This document shows positions 14,157 to 29,324 of a stretch of 64,000 bases of DNA, one piece after another. Within the stretch, counting starts at the first letter, position 1. Every line of letters begins with the position of its first letter. The notes beneath the pieces were generated by a model, which saw only the letters and a list, made by a program, of their open reading frames with translations, was not told the origin of the DNA and made no database searches. The stretch lies in NCBI RefSeq assembly GCF_009914755.1, contig NC_060929.1; one strand, given 5' to 3'. This DNA is from the human T2T-CHM13v2.0 reference genome, Homo sapiens. A program made the translations under genes and the position numbers.

Positions 14157-15295
14157 GATACCATCTCCATATTTTAATACTTAAAAGCAAAACAAAACCC
14201 ACACACTTCTGATTTCCTCATTTGCGTGAATGCCAACATGAATTAAATTCCGCTAATCAGATATAGACTCCTGCAATATTTATTTGGAGCTGAGTTATGC
14301 AGGGAAACAAGTGGGTACATAGCACCCATTTTGCTGTCATGGATTATTGCAGAGAAGGTGTTTCCATGAAGCTCATTCAGGAAAACAGAACAACTATGAA
14401 TATATAGAATAAGGATTTATTTTAGGAATTGGACAGTACGCAATTGGGAGAAGTGCTAGGCAGTAAAGTTCTGGGGAAAATAAAGGAGTTGGAGGATTAT
14501 GAAAAGACCATTTGCTCTAAAGCACTGACACATATGGACAAGTCAGACCTTGGGGGAAGCCAGGCACATCCAGCTGCTAGAGTGGGATCCTACGGAGCTG
14601 GTGTCAACATCTAGGAATAGCTATTCCCTCTTCTTGACTGTTGATTCTAAGTTCACAACTTTCCAAATCCCTCTCATATTTCTCTTTTGACCATCTCTAA
14701 CCAGGAACCAAACCATTGTCCTGAGGTCTTTCAGGGAGTTTGGGGGCCTACATTTTCACTTGTGGTTGCTAGACAGCAGAGAACACCAGCCAGACTCCAA
14801 TGTAGGGTTAAACTGACATAATCATGTACAGCAGTAGACTTTGTTGGCTCTCCTGGCAGATTCAATGTTGGCAGCAGCTGAGGTCATCCCCACAGAGGGG
14901 CTTTGGGGAAACTCTGTGAAGTTTTCCTTTATGGCCCCTAGTATTGTGCCAAGTTGTCCCAGACATTTTGAACATGACCTGGTCTGCATATAGCTCCAAC
15001 TGGCTTTGTTGGACACATCATAGCAGCTAGAGAGTTAGTTAGCAAGAGTCAGGTTACACCTGGCAAGGTGAGGGAAAACCCTAGAGTATGGTGACCAGGC
15101 GTGATCAGCAAGCCTTCCTGAAGGGATATCATGTTCACTTTTCTGTTTATACCTGCAACTAAATTCCTGCCCCAGATGGAAGCTCCTTGAGAACAGGCCA
15201 CTAGAGAAACAAAATTTCTAATCAATTATCAGTTAAAGATGATTATTCTCAGGAGAAACAAAGCAGGGTTTCGTCAATTATAAAACAAAAGGTTT

Positions 15296-15624
15296 GGCCG
15301 GGCACAGTGGCTCACACCTGTAATCCCAGCACTTTGGGAGGCTGAGGAGGGAGGTCGAGGCAGGTGGATCATGATGTCAAGAGATTGAGACCATCCTGGC
15401 CAACATGGTGAAACCCCTTCTCTACTAAAAATACAAAAATTAGCTGGGCATGGTGGCATGCACCTTTGGTCCCAGTTACTCGGGAGAGTGAGGCAGGAGA
15501 ATCCGTTGAACCTGGGAGGCGGAGGTTTCAGTGACCCAAGATTGTGCCACTGCACTCCAGCGTGGTGACAGAGCGAGACTCTGTCTCAAAAAATAAAATA
15601 AAATAAAATAAAATAAAATAAAAT
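15296..15624 (+). mobile_element. Alu (AluSc-like) with (AAAAT)n tail
   Basis: GTCAAGAGATTGAGACCATCCTGGCC diagnostic; TSD AAAGGTTT; short internal duplication GGGAGGCTGAGGA/GGGAGGTCGAGGC. Confidence 0.95.
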
Positions 15625-15784
15625 AAAGGTTTGACTATGTACTCTATTTTGTGAAGAAATTGACTGGAGAAACAAATTTTGTAATTTCACCCCTGTATTT
15701 TCTTTTTATAAATTATTGGTAAAATAAAATAAGGACATAAAGAAGAGTATATAGAATGTGTAATATGAATTAAAATAAAAGGCC

Positions 15785-15892
15785 TAGCAGATGATATGAT
15801 TGTCAATGTAGAAAACCTGAAAGAATTGACAAAAAGCTCCAGGAACTAATAAGCAATTATAGCAGGGTTGCAGGATACAAAGTTAATACAAA
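15785..15892 (+). mobile_element. Old L1 ORF2 fragment
   Basis: GCAGATGATATGATTGTC (ADDMIV motif)...GCAGGATACAAAGTTAAT. Confidence 0.7.
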
Positions 15893-16065
15893 ACCTCAGC
15901 ATGCTAGAAGCTGTCTACAGTAAGTGCAAGTGAACTCACTGGATTGAGGGGATATGGGCTGGGAAAGCAGCCATGTCTAGTACATCTAGGATGACTGAAG
16001 TAATGGGAGAATAACTCAGAGAAAGGGAAATCATCAGATCCTTTATATTTTAAGAATCACAAATA

Positions 16066-16248
16066 GCTGGCCATGTGGTGGTGCACGTTGGAACAATATC
16101 AACTAAACTGCAATCCTATTAAAATTTTGTTCCAGCTATTCTGGTGGCTGAGACAGGAAGATTGCTTGAGCCCAGGAGTTCAAGGACAGCCTGGACAACA
16201 TAGTGAGACTCTGTCTCAAAAAAATAATAATAATAATTAAAAAGAAAA
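16066..16248 (+). mobile_element. Alu monomer (FLAM-like) carrying a 43-bp foreign insert
   Basis: GTGGTGGTGCAC[insert]TCCAGCTA...TTGAGCCCAGGAGTTCAAG...GTGAGACTCTGTCTC(A)n. Confidence 0.85.
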
Positions 16249-16583
16249 AATGCTGCTTGCCTTTTGGATTATTCTCTGCGGGGAAAAGGCAGACATGGTT
16301 TTGATGTTGTGAGAAAGGCCTAAACCAGAAACCAATCCCATCCCAGCACTCCTGGCTTAACAGAAACCCTGGGATGTGTCTGTGTATGAGAAATGAAAGG
16401 GGCTAGCACAAAAAGCTTCTCTCCAAGGAGCCCAAGGGTAAAAGAAACTTAGCTGGTTAGCATTGAGGGAATGGATCATTCCCATTCAAAAGACAATGTG
16501 CCCTGGTCAGGGATCTGTTTCAAGACTAATGAATTGCATTAATTTTAAAAACCCTTTTATTTTAAATTAATTTTAAATTTTAA

Positions 16584-16855
<272 letters not shown>

Positions 16856-17685
16856 CTTTTATTCTGAGATAATTTTAGACTTACAGAAAAGTTGCAAAAA
16901 TAGTTCAGAAAATTTCCATATACTGTTTACACAGCTTCCACTAATGTTAACAACATCCTGCATAATATATAGGTACAAGTGAATAAATGGTAAAAGTGAG
17001 ACAGGCAAGCTAGAAAGTCAAAAAAGAATACATTATAGAGTCTGTAACTACTGTGGGCAACTGGGTCTCAGTGATGTTATATACATAATAATAATAAAAT
17101 TATCAAAACCAGGGAATTAACATTGGAACAATATCAACTAAACTGCAATCCTATTATAATTTTGTCATTTTCTCACCAGTGTTCTTTTTCTAGTCTAGGA
17201 TACATATTGCAATTAGTTGTCAAGTTTCCTTCATCTGTGACATTTCCTCAGTCTTCCTTTGTCTTTCATGACTTTGACACTTTTGAAGAGTTCTTATAGG
17301 TCAGTGTTTTTGTTTTTTTTAACAATGTCCCTCAGCGTGGATTAGTCCAGTATTTCATTATGTATGATTACTTTGGAGTTATGCATTTTTGGCCAAAAAC
17401 CACAGAAATGAATTTGTGCTGTTTTCAGTGAATCATATCAGGAGGTACATGATGTTAGTGTATCATATTACCAGGGACGACATTACCTTTCATCACCTGA
17501 TTAACATGGTGTCTGCAGGGTTTTTCCATGTACACTTTCTATTTTTCTATTTTCAATTAATAAATATCTTGGAAGGAGAGTCTTTGAGACTGTCTTATTT
17601 CTCATTACATTTTGCCCACTAATTTTAACACCCATTTATGATTCTTGCCTGCCACGTTATTACTGTGTATTTGCCTAATGGGCTG
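16856..17685 (-). mobile_element. Old L1MC-type 3' end
   Basis: GATAATTTTAGACTTACAGAAAAGTTGCAAAAATAG...TCATGACTTTGACACTTTTGAAGAG. Confidence 0.75.
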
Positions 17686-19149
17686 CTTTTCAATAACCTG
17701 TTGGTTTGCACTAATTACAAGGATGGGCTGATCATAATGCAATTCTATTCCTGCATACATGTGGAAGCTGGAGTATCCTTCTTCTGAATTTTAGGGCATT
17801 GTAATGACCATGAGAATTCATGGGTAGATCTGTGAGAGAATGGAGCATCAAGAGGGAGATACTGAACTTCCTTTTAATAAAGCAATTAGGGAACTCAATA
17901 ATTAAATGAAAGAAATAGGATACTAAACATATATATAGATGATTTTTGTGGAGTAGCTTATTCTGGTTACATTAATTTTTATCTGTAATGCAGTGATCCC
18001 CTTAGATCTGTAGACTCGGGTATGTATGCTTCCATTTTATGAAAGTTTCATTGTTTTTGTTCCATCAGGCTTGTCCTTCTATTTATAACAAATATTTATA
18101 TTTTGGCTTTCTGTTATCTTTCTATTATCTTTTTTTCTCCTACACTATGTTTATCCTTTTGTCCTTTTCCTCTGCATTGTGTGGAAATCCTAAACATGTC
18201 TGAATGTCATAAGTTCACTTTTTCTGTAGGGTAAATTTTGCTCCAGATTAAGTTGAGGTATCTTCCTCCTAAAATACTTAATTCTATCTATTCTATTTTT
18301 ATTTTATCCTCTGACATTATTAAGCCATGTTTTGTATATTTTTTTTCTATTTTCTGGAGTAAACTTCTTCCAGTGTATGCTCTTGGGATGCTGGTGTTCA
18401 CTTTCTTTTTTCCTTTTGCTAAACTTTTGCATAGATTCTATTAAAATTTGTTTTTTTATTCTCAACTTTGAATCAGGATAGTTTATGCAGGATTATTATT
18501 TGCCCAAAAATACTATATATGAATTCTTACGACTTTTCCTATTTCCCTGTGCACTGAGTCTTCACTGAGAGCTCGAACTAGAAGACTACACATTGTTGGT
18601 TTGTATTCTCTATCCAATTATGAAGCTATATGAGATGAATGAAAAGAAATCTATGCCTATGGGCAACTGTATGAAGGGAAATTTATCTTTGTTGTCTTTT
18701 TCTTTCATAATTCTGCTGAAATCCCTGAACCAGAGGCTAGCTGAGTTGAGCCAGTGATGTAGTATTTCCTAACCAAATGGGAGGGCATACTATCTTCAGT
18801 GTGTTTTGCTCTTCTCTTCAAGATGAGTGACCACATTGGTGAATATTCACCAGATTTTTTGTCATTTGTGTGTGTATATGTGTATGTGTTCCTACATCCC
18901 TGAACTAATCTGCCTTTTCTTGACACTCTCACTGAAGAACAAGATAGTGGTCCCCTGGAATTATCCTCATCTCTCTCCCACTTTGTGGTGGGTCAAGGAG
19001 AAAACCTCTGTGGCTTGGTATCTCTTCTAGCTCCTGCCTTAGAATGTTGGCTAAGGATCCAAAGAATATATTCCATGTCTTTTTTCGTAGTGTGCTCCTG
19101 TCATCAGATGTGGTACTTCCAAACTGGAGAGCATCAAAGTAATTGCTGG

Positions 19150-19400
19150 GTTTTTTTTGTGGTTTTTTTTTCTGGTTTTTTTTTTGTTTTTTTTTTGAGA
19201 CAGGGTCTCACTCTGTCATTTAGGCTGGAGTGCAATGGCGCAATCATGGTTCGCTGCAGCCTTGACTTTCTGGGCTCAAGCAAGCAATCCTTTCACCTCA
19301 GCCTCCTGAGTATGTGGGACCACAGGTGTGCACCACCATGCCTAGACAATTTAAAAATTCTTTTTATAGTGACAAGTTTTCTTATGATGCTCAGACTGAA
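19150..19400 (-). mobile_element. Alu (AluJ-like, partial)
   Basis: T-rich tail then GAGACAGGGTCTCACTCTG... Confidence 0.88.
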
Positions 19401-20191
19401 AGAAGTTTGTTTTTTTTTTTCAGTGTCTTGCTATACACGTTGATCTTTCCAGAAAGGAAGCTCTTTTGACCCTGGTATTTACATTTACCTTGATCAAAAT
19501 TGAATTATCCTTTATTGATGACCTGTGGAGTTTTTAGACAAGATTAGACACAGTCTCTTAGTTCAGAGCTGATAATATTGTCATTTTACTTTGCTTTGTT
19601 TATTGTTGGATTAAAACAATTGTGGGAGGAATCTTCTGCAAAATCCCCATATTTTCAGAAGAATCAATATACTTTTTTAGCATAAAAAGCAGCTTTCATC
19701 TTTCCTACCAATCAAACAAGATAAATCCAGTTGCCATTTTTGGTTCTTGTGAAATCGAAAATATCCCTTGATTGATTTTCATTATATAGCCCATCTCTTA
19801 CTACTTTTGTAATCTTCTACATGTTTTACCTAAAAGCAACTTTTGAAGTTCATGAAATATAAAAGTACACACTTAAAAGTTTTTATTTCTATAGAAGCCT
19901 TAAAACACAAATGAAATGGTTCCAAGGGCATAGTAGTATGTGATAAACTTATTGATCACCAGATGTCACTCTTGCTTCATGCTATATAAAGACAAATTTC
20001 AACCAGAAAATGAAAAAGAGATACTGCAATTCTGGTTTTTCAGTGGCAAAACATTTTTATCAGCAGGGAAGACTTATATCCTTCAATTAAGCAATAAGAC
20101 ATAAAAAGAAGTTCATTTTCATAGTAGAAATGCAAAAATATTGATTGGCTTTAATTACCAAAAGAAAGAGGTAATTCTTTGAAACACTCAC

Positions 20192-20236
20192 CTGTCACCA
20201 AAAGAATGAAGAAATTATCCCACGCGGCTTAGCTTG
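20192..20236 (-). other. Candidate short exon (strong donor, uncertain acceptor; stops in all three frames)
   Basis: Minus: ttattaacag|CAAGCTAAGCCGCGTGGG...GGTGACAG|gtgagt. Confidence 0.3.
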
Positions 20237-20536
20237 CTGTTAATAACATACTAGCTTTATTAAATTGACATATGCAATGGTTATTTCGTGGTTTTAATTG
20301 ATGTTATTAAAATTATAATGAAAATTTAAAGTATCATTTTCTCTGAGTTTTGGTAAAACTGATGAAGTTTAAGGTCAGTAAGGACGAATTAGAAATTGTT
20401 ATAAATGAGTTTGAATTTTCCTACTAAAGAAAGTGCAGGTGTTAACTTTTTTGAAGGTCTTTCTTTTGAATGATATATATGATGATCAATTTTCATAAAT
20501 ATTGTGCAAAAGTTATCTTAAGGATTTGTACTTGAG

Positions 20537-20612
20537 GCTGGGTACAGTAGCTTATGCCTGTAATCCCAGCACTTTGGGAGGCCAAGGTGGGTGGATTGCT
20601 TGAGCCAAGGAG
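20537..20612 (+). mobile_element. Alu 5' fragment (3'-truncated)
   Basis: GGCTGGGTACAGTAGCTTATGCCTGTAATCCCAGCACTTTGGGAGG ends abruptly. Confidence 0.85.
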
Positions 20613-21176
20613 ACCTTGAAAACTCAAAGTCAGGTTTCCAAATCCATGAAATGTGTTTCCAGGACCCAGCGCTATGCCACCAATGAACTTTAAAAAAACT
20701 GTAGAAGTTAAACTACCATAGATATATGGTACTTTAGCAATTTTAGGTTTGTTATATAAACTTGATTATAGATCAGAAAGCATAGGGACTGGTGGGGAAG
20801 GGAATTAACAGTTGAGAATACATAGGTTCTTTGCCAAAAACAGGGGGAATGAGTGACCATATAGTTAACTGAATGCTGAGTGCAGACTCCATAGCTTCAT
20901 CCCTTATCTGGCTTCTAGAACAATGACAGTCAGATGTTCACCCTCCAGTCAGAGTATCAGAGGACTCTTGGAAATATGACCAGGCCAGAAGGGAATACCT
21001 AAAGATATCAACACCAGATCTTTCTCCCAAAATGGCTTATCCAGATAAACTTATAAAGAAGTTTTGACAGACCTCATTCACATGCCCAAAGCTTCTAGTT
21101 AGCTTTTTAGTCCCCAATTCTTAATCAGTCAAGGACATGAGTCAAGTATTGCCAGGTATAGGAGGAAAGCTACCAT

Positions 21177-21229
21177 AGAAAATGAGGACAGAAGCTAGCA
21201 GAAAACGAGGACAGAAGCTAGCAGAAAAC
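21177..21229. repeat. 23-bp tandem duplication (2.3 copies)
   Basis: AGAAAA(T/C)GAGGACAGAAGCTAGC x2 + AGAAAAC. Confidence 0.95.
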
Positions 21230-21260
21230 AGCAACTTGGAGGGAACAGAAACTATCCAGG

Positions 21261-23561
21261 TGATAAGGTTTGGCTGTGTCCCCACCTATATCTCATCTTG
21301 AATTGTAACTCCCACAATTCCCACGTGTTGTGGGAGGGACCTAGTGGGAGGTAATTGAATCATAGGCTGGATCTTTCCTATGCTATTCTTGTGATAGTGA
21401 ATAAGTCTCATGAGATCTGATGGTTTTATAAAGGGAAGTTTCCCTGTACAAGCTCTCTCTCTTTGCCTGCTGCCATCCATGTAAGATGTGTCTTGCTCCT
21501 TGTTGCCTTCTGCCATGATTGTGAGGCCTCCCCAGTGATGTAGAACTGTAAGTTCATTAAACCTCTTTTGTAAATTGTCCACATTCTGGTATGTCTTTAT
21601 GAGCAGTGTGAAAATAGACTAATACAGTAAATTAGTACCAGTAGAGTGTGGCACTGCTGAAAAGACACCTGAAAATGTAGAAGCAACTTTGGAACTGGGT
21701 AACAGACAGAGGGTGGAATAGGTTGGAGGGCTCAGAAGAAGACAGGAAAATGTGGGAAAGTTTGGAACTTCCTAGGGACTTGTGGAGTGGCTTTGACCAA
21801 AATGCTGATAATGATATGGACAATGAAATCCAGGATAAGGTGGTCTCAGATGGAGATAAGGAATTTGTTGGGAACTGGAGCAAAGATGACTCTTGTTATG
21901 TTTTAGCAAACAGACTGGTGGCATTTTGCCCCTGCCCTAGAGATTTGTGGAACTTTGAACTTGAGAGAGATTATTTAGGGTATCTGGCAGAAGAAATGTC
22001 TAAGCAGCAAAGCATTCAAGAGGTGACTTGGGTGCTGTTAAAGGCATTCAGTTTTAAAAGGGAAACGGAGCATAAAAATTCAGAAAATGTGTAGCCTGAT
22101 GATGCAGTAGAAAAGAAAAATCCATTTTCTGAGCAGAAATTCAAGCCAGCTGCAGAAACTTGCATAAGTAACGAGGAGTCAAATGTTAATCACCAAGACA
22201 ATGGGGAAAATGTCTCCAGGAGATGTGAGAGGTCTTTTCAGCAACCCCTCCCATCACAGGCCCAGAGATTTAGGAGGAAAAAATGGTTTTGTGAGCCAGG
22301 CCCAGGGCCCTGGTGGTGTGTGCAGTCTAGGGACTTGGTGCTGTGTTCCAGCTGCTCCAGCCATGACTAAAAGGGGCCAAGGTACAGCTTGGGCTGTTGC
22401 TTCAGAGGGAGGAAGCCCCCAGCCTTGGCAGCTTCCACATGATATTGAGCCTTTAAGTGCACAGAAGTCAAGAATTGAGGTTTGGGAACCTCTGCCTAGA
22501 TTTCAAAGGGTGTATGGAAACTCCTGGATGTCCAGGCAGAAGTTTGCTGCAGGGATGGGGCCCGGATGGAGAACCTCTGCTAGGGCAGTGCAGAAGGGAA
22601 ATGTGGGATCAGAGCCCCCACACAGAGTCCCTACTGGGGCACTGCCTAGTGGAGCTGTGAGAAGAGAGCCACTATCCTCCAGACCCCAGAATGGTAGATC
22701 CACTGACAGCTTGCACCGTGCACCTGGAAAAGCTGCAGACACTCAACACCAGCCCGTGAAAGCAGCCAGGAGGGGGCCTATACCCTGCAAAGCCACAGGG
22801 GCAGAGCTGCCCAAGGCAGTGGGAGCCCACCTCTTGCATCAGCATGACCTAGATATGAGACCTGGAGTCAAAGAAGATCATTTGGAGCTTTAAGATTTGA
22901 CTGCCTCACTGGATTTTGGACTTGCATGGGCCCTGTAGCCCCTTTATTTTGGCCAACTTCTCCCATTTGGAATGGCTGTATTTACCCAATGCCTGTAACC
23001 CCATTGCATCTAGGAAGTAATTAACTTGCTTTTGATTTTACAGGCCCATAGGCAGAAGGGACTTGTCTTGTCTCAGATGACCATTTGGACTGTGGACTTT
23101 TGAGTTAATGCTGAAATGAGTTAAGACTTACGGGGACTTGTTGGGGAGGCACGATTGGTTTTGAAATGTGAGGACATGACATTTGGGAGGGGCCAAGGGT
23201 GGAATGATATGGTTTGGCCATGTCCCCACCCAAATCTCATCTCGAATTGTAACTCACACAATTCCCACCTGTTATGGGAGGGATCTTGTGGGAGGTAACT
23301 GAATCATGGGGGCAGGTCTTTCCCATGCTAGTCTCATGATACTGAATAAGTCTCATGAGATATGAGGGTCTTATAAAGGGGAGTTTTCCTGAACAAGCTC
23401 TCTTCTCTTGTCTGCCACCATGTGAGATGTGCTCTTCACCTTCTGCCATGATTGTGAGGCCTCCCCAGCCACATGGAACTGTAAGTTCAATAAACCTCTT
23501 TCTTTTGTAAATTGTAGTCTTGATTATGTCTTTATCAGCTGCCCAAAAATGGAATAATACA
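21261..23561 (+). mobile_element. Full-length THE1 (THE1B-like) MaLR: LTR 21261-21626, internal 21627-23204, LTR 23205-23561
   Basis: Both LTRs start TGATA(A/T)GGTTTGGC and end AATACA; 5-bp TSD CCAGG at 21256-21260 and 23562-23566; polypurine tract before 3' LTR. Confidence 0.96.
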
Positions 23562-23663
23562 CCAGGTAAAAGAAAATGTAAAACAAAAAATGATCTGTAA
23601 AATATCCTCTGAGTGATAAAATGTTGCAACTGTAAAAGAAGACAAGGATGCTAAGCCATTTTT

Positions 23664-26250
<2,587 letters not shown>

Positions 26251-26268
26251 GGATGCTAAACCATTTTT

Positions 26269-26530
26269 AAAGAAATAAAACAAAGTTTTCGAAGTTAAAA
26301 ACACATAGCAGGGGAAGATACTCAATAGAATATTGGAAGATAAAATGGGGGAAATCCCTCAATAAGCAGAACAAAGACGTGAGATGGAAAATAAGAATGA
26401 AAAAAACAAGAAAATTAGAAGACTAGTCTAGGGAATTCAAGGTCCAAATAATAGGAATTCCAAGAGAGAGAGAGAACAGAGACACCTGATGGTGGGAAAT
26501 ATTGAAGAGGCCCAGGAAGTGTCCAGCATA
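26269..26530 (+). mobile_element. Ancient L1ME/HAL1-type ORF1 remnant (other pieces at ~20850-21260 and 23567-23663)
   Basis: A-rich GAAAATTAGAAGAC...CCAAATAATAGGAATTCCAAGAG resembling the ORF1 IIGIPE region. Confidence 0.5.
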
Positions 26531-26809
26531 ATGGATGAAAGTAGACAAATAAACCTTGAATGCTATGAGAGGATTGGCTAACGTACTCATTGTGGTGCTC
26601 ACTATGGGTTGTCTTGTCAACAAGCTAACTGAGACTCAGCTTACCTCCTCCATTGATTGGAGAAGCTACATCCAGATTTAGCTTCCCATGGGATCAATGA
26701 CTTCTGCCCCCTGACAGAGGAGGTGCTATACCATCCCACAGACCCCCCCAGATCTCCAGGTGTAAGCAGCTAGTGTTCTCATATAACTCCTATAAAGGCT
26801 GGCACTCAT

Positions 26810-27225
26810 AAATCAGATTAGGTAGTCCCCTCCCCTTAAATCTAGTTTGGCTTTAGAGACTTGCTTTACTCTAGAGAATGCAATGGATGTGATGTTCTGG
26901 GACTTCCAAGACTAAACCATAAGAAGCCTTGCAGCTTCCACCCAAGTCTCTTGGACCACTTGCTCTTGGAAATCAGTGGCCATGCTGGAAAGAAGCCCAA
27001 GTAGCCCTTTGGAGAGGAGCTGAGGCTCCCTAAAAATTTCATCTTGGCTTCTAGATGACAACTAGTACCAACTTCCTTGCCAGGTAAGTGAGCAAGTAAG
27101 TTGATCTGCCCAGCTGCAGTTGAACCACCCCAACTGAAGCTGTGTGTAGCAGAGATGAACTATCTCTACCAAGTCCTCCCCAAATTACCCAATTACCAGC
27201 AAAATAATATGCTTTTTTTTGAGTC
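26810..27225 (+). mobile_element. MLT1 (G/H-like) LTR
   Basis: GACTTCCAAGACTA...AAGAAGCCTTGCAGCTTCCACC...GGAGAGGAGCTGAGGC. Confidence 0.65.
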
Positions 27226-28329
27226 TGTTTCTATGATAAATTACATTTGTAGATTTTCTGATGCTGAACTCCTTGTGTTCTTGGAATAAGCCCTTTTTAA
27301 TCTAGATGTACTATAATTTGGATACTGTACTGAGCACACCCATGGAAAAATAGGTTTACCAAATTAATAATGTAAATACAATACATGAAAAATGTTTCTC
27401 CTATTTCTGAGAATTTCAGACACATAGGTAGAATACCATTATTAGTCCAAAAGTACTCCTAGCTGGCAACATTGTCAACCAGTTTTTCTTATTTTGCATA
27501 ATTGGATTTTTCTTTAATTTAGAACACTTAATCCAAATGAGCTAGTATTTCATATTTTTGAGCTGTTTTGAAGGCTGTATTTGAAGTTCTGTTTTTCCAT
27601 TTGTCTTTTTTATGATTCAACATGGGGACTTGATTAATGAAATTCCATTTAGAAAATAACCCCAGCTTCACTAATATGAAATAACCAGAAGAGGAATTCT
27701 CTCTCCCCTCTTTCCTTCTCTCCCTCTTCCTTTCTACCTCCTGCTTTCTCTCCCTTTTCCTTTCCCCTTCCATTTTGTCTTATATCATTGAATGTTTTAT
27801 TTTGTGAATGTAATCAACTGTTTATGTAAAAATGGAGAAACACAATGATCCTTGAAACATTTCTGAAAATTAAAAATAAGAAAAAATTAAAATAAGGCAG
27901 TCTAGGGGCTTGGGAAGGTCAGTTTTAAATGTTTATTAAGTGAAAAGGCCTTTCTCTGCTTTTCAGATACAATATTTAGGTGAGAACTTTCCACCCATCC
28001 CCCACTTTTCAACCCCTTCCCCATACGCCACCCCCCCACCCCCACACACACACATATATACACACACTCACCTATAACTCCATCGCCTTTAAGGTGATAT
28101 ACTTTTAAACAATTCCTCCAAGCATTTAAATGGAAATGATGAACCCTCCCCTACAACCACTACCTTAGGAAACTTCCTAGGGAAAAAAAGAAATGTAGAA
28201 GCCTTAGTAAATTCCCTTAGGGTGTATTTCCATTTCTAAGATTTTTCATTCAAAGTTTCCTCTAAAAGACTGCCTGCTTGGAGAAATTTACTGAAGTCCT
28301 AAACAGTGAGGGACCAGCATTTATCGCCA

Positions 28330-28590
28330 GAAGTGACACAAGCAGAGTAGAGCTCCCAGCTGGGAAGCTGTCATTATGTAAATGTACCCATGTGACAGCT
28401 CTCTGAGGAGGACAAATGACTGTCAGTGACTTCTTAATCAGCCTGTCTCTAGCAATAATAATCTAATCACTGGTCACCTAATTAAAAATGAAAGAAATGA
28501 GGGCCTTTTTCAAACACTAAGCTTCTAGAATCTCAGGTCACGGACTGTCATTAAGCAGAGAGCTGTCAGCTGTTTGCATGTCACATCACA
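28330..28590. promoter_or_regulatory. Candidate enhancer: cluster of TGACAG (MEIS/TGIF/PKNOX) motifs
   Basis: CTGTCA/TGACAG at 28368, 28393, 28420, 28545 and 28563, plus TAAT cores and a CAGCTG E-box. Confidence 0.45.
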
Positions 28591-28704
28591 GAGAGGCAGA
28601 CTTTTGTGAGTTGTTTCATGTTCATGTCCCTGATTTGATTACTCTTACTATCATTCAGTTAATGCATTTGCTTTTTTTTTTTTGCTGCTATGGGCCCTTG
28701 TGCG

Positions 28705-28900
28705 TTTATTATTTCATTCACCATTCCCACCACAAACATTTATTGCAGGCTTATTATATGCCAGGATATATATCCTGGGGATGTAAACATGAATAGGACA
28801 AGGTTCCAGCATTTGGAGGCTGTCACTATGGGAGAAACAGATATAAAAAATATTTAATTATGATACAATTTGATCAAGCTGTTATAGAGATAGCAACTAT
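28705..28900 (-). mobile_element. L2 3' fragment
   Basis: CATTCA...CAAACATTTATTG...TATATGCCAGG. Confidence 0.65.
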
Positions 28901-29182
28901 ATGTATGTATTCCATATTATGGAAGATGAAAAATGGTGGCTCATTGACTAGAACCAGTCCACAGAATTTGGGATGTTTTATTTTGGGCTTGTGTTCCTCA
29001 GTTTGTCAAAGACTCCACCATATCCTATTCTGTCAAACTTAATCTGCTTCATTTATGTATGTTACCTGCCTGGTCTTTGTTAAGCAGTTGAGTTTGAGGT
29101 CCTGGTATAGAGATAAGTCTAACAAGCAAATACCTACCATGAGATGCTATATTATGAACTGATTTTAAAAACTGTTCTTGTA

Positions 29183-29291
29183 GGCTGGGCATGGTGCTTC
29201 ATGCCTGTAATCCCAGCACTTTGGTAGGCTGAGGCAGGAGGATTGCTTGAGCTCAAGAACCAGCCTAGGAAACAGCAAGACCCCATCTCTA

Positions 29292-29324
<33 letters not shown>

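Noticed and set aside
18985-19443. 152-aa hydrophobic ORF
   Set aside because: Reads through an antisense Alu and its T-rich tail
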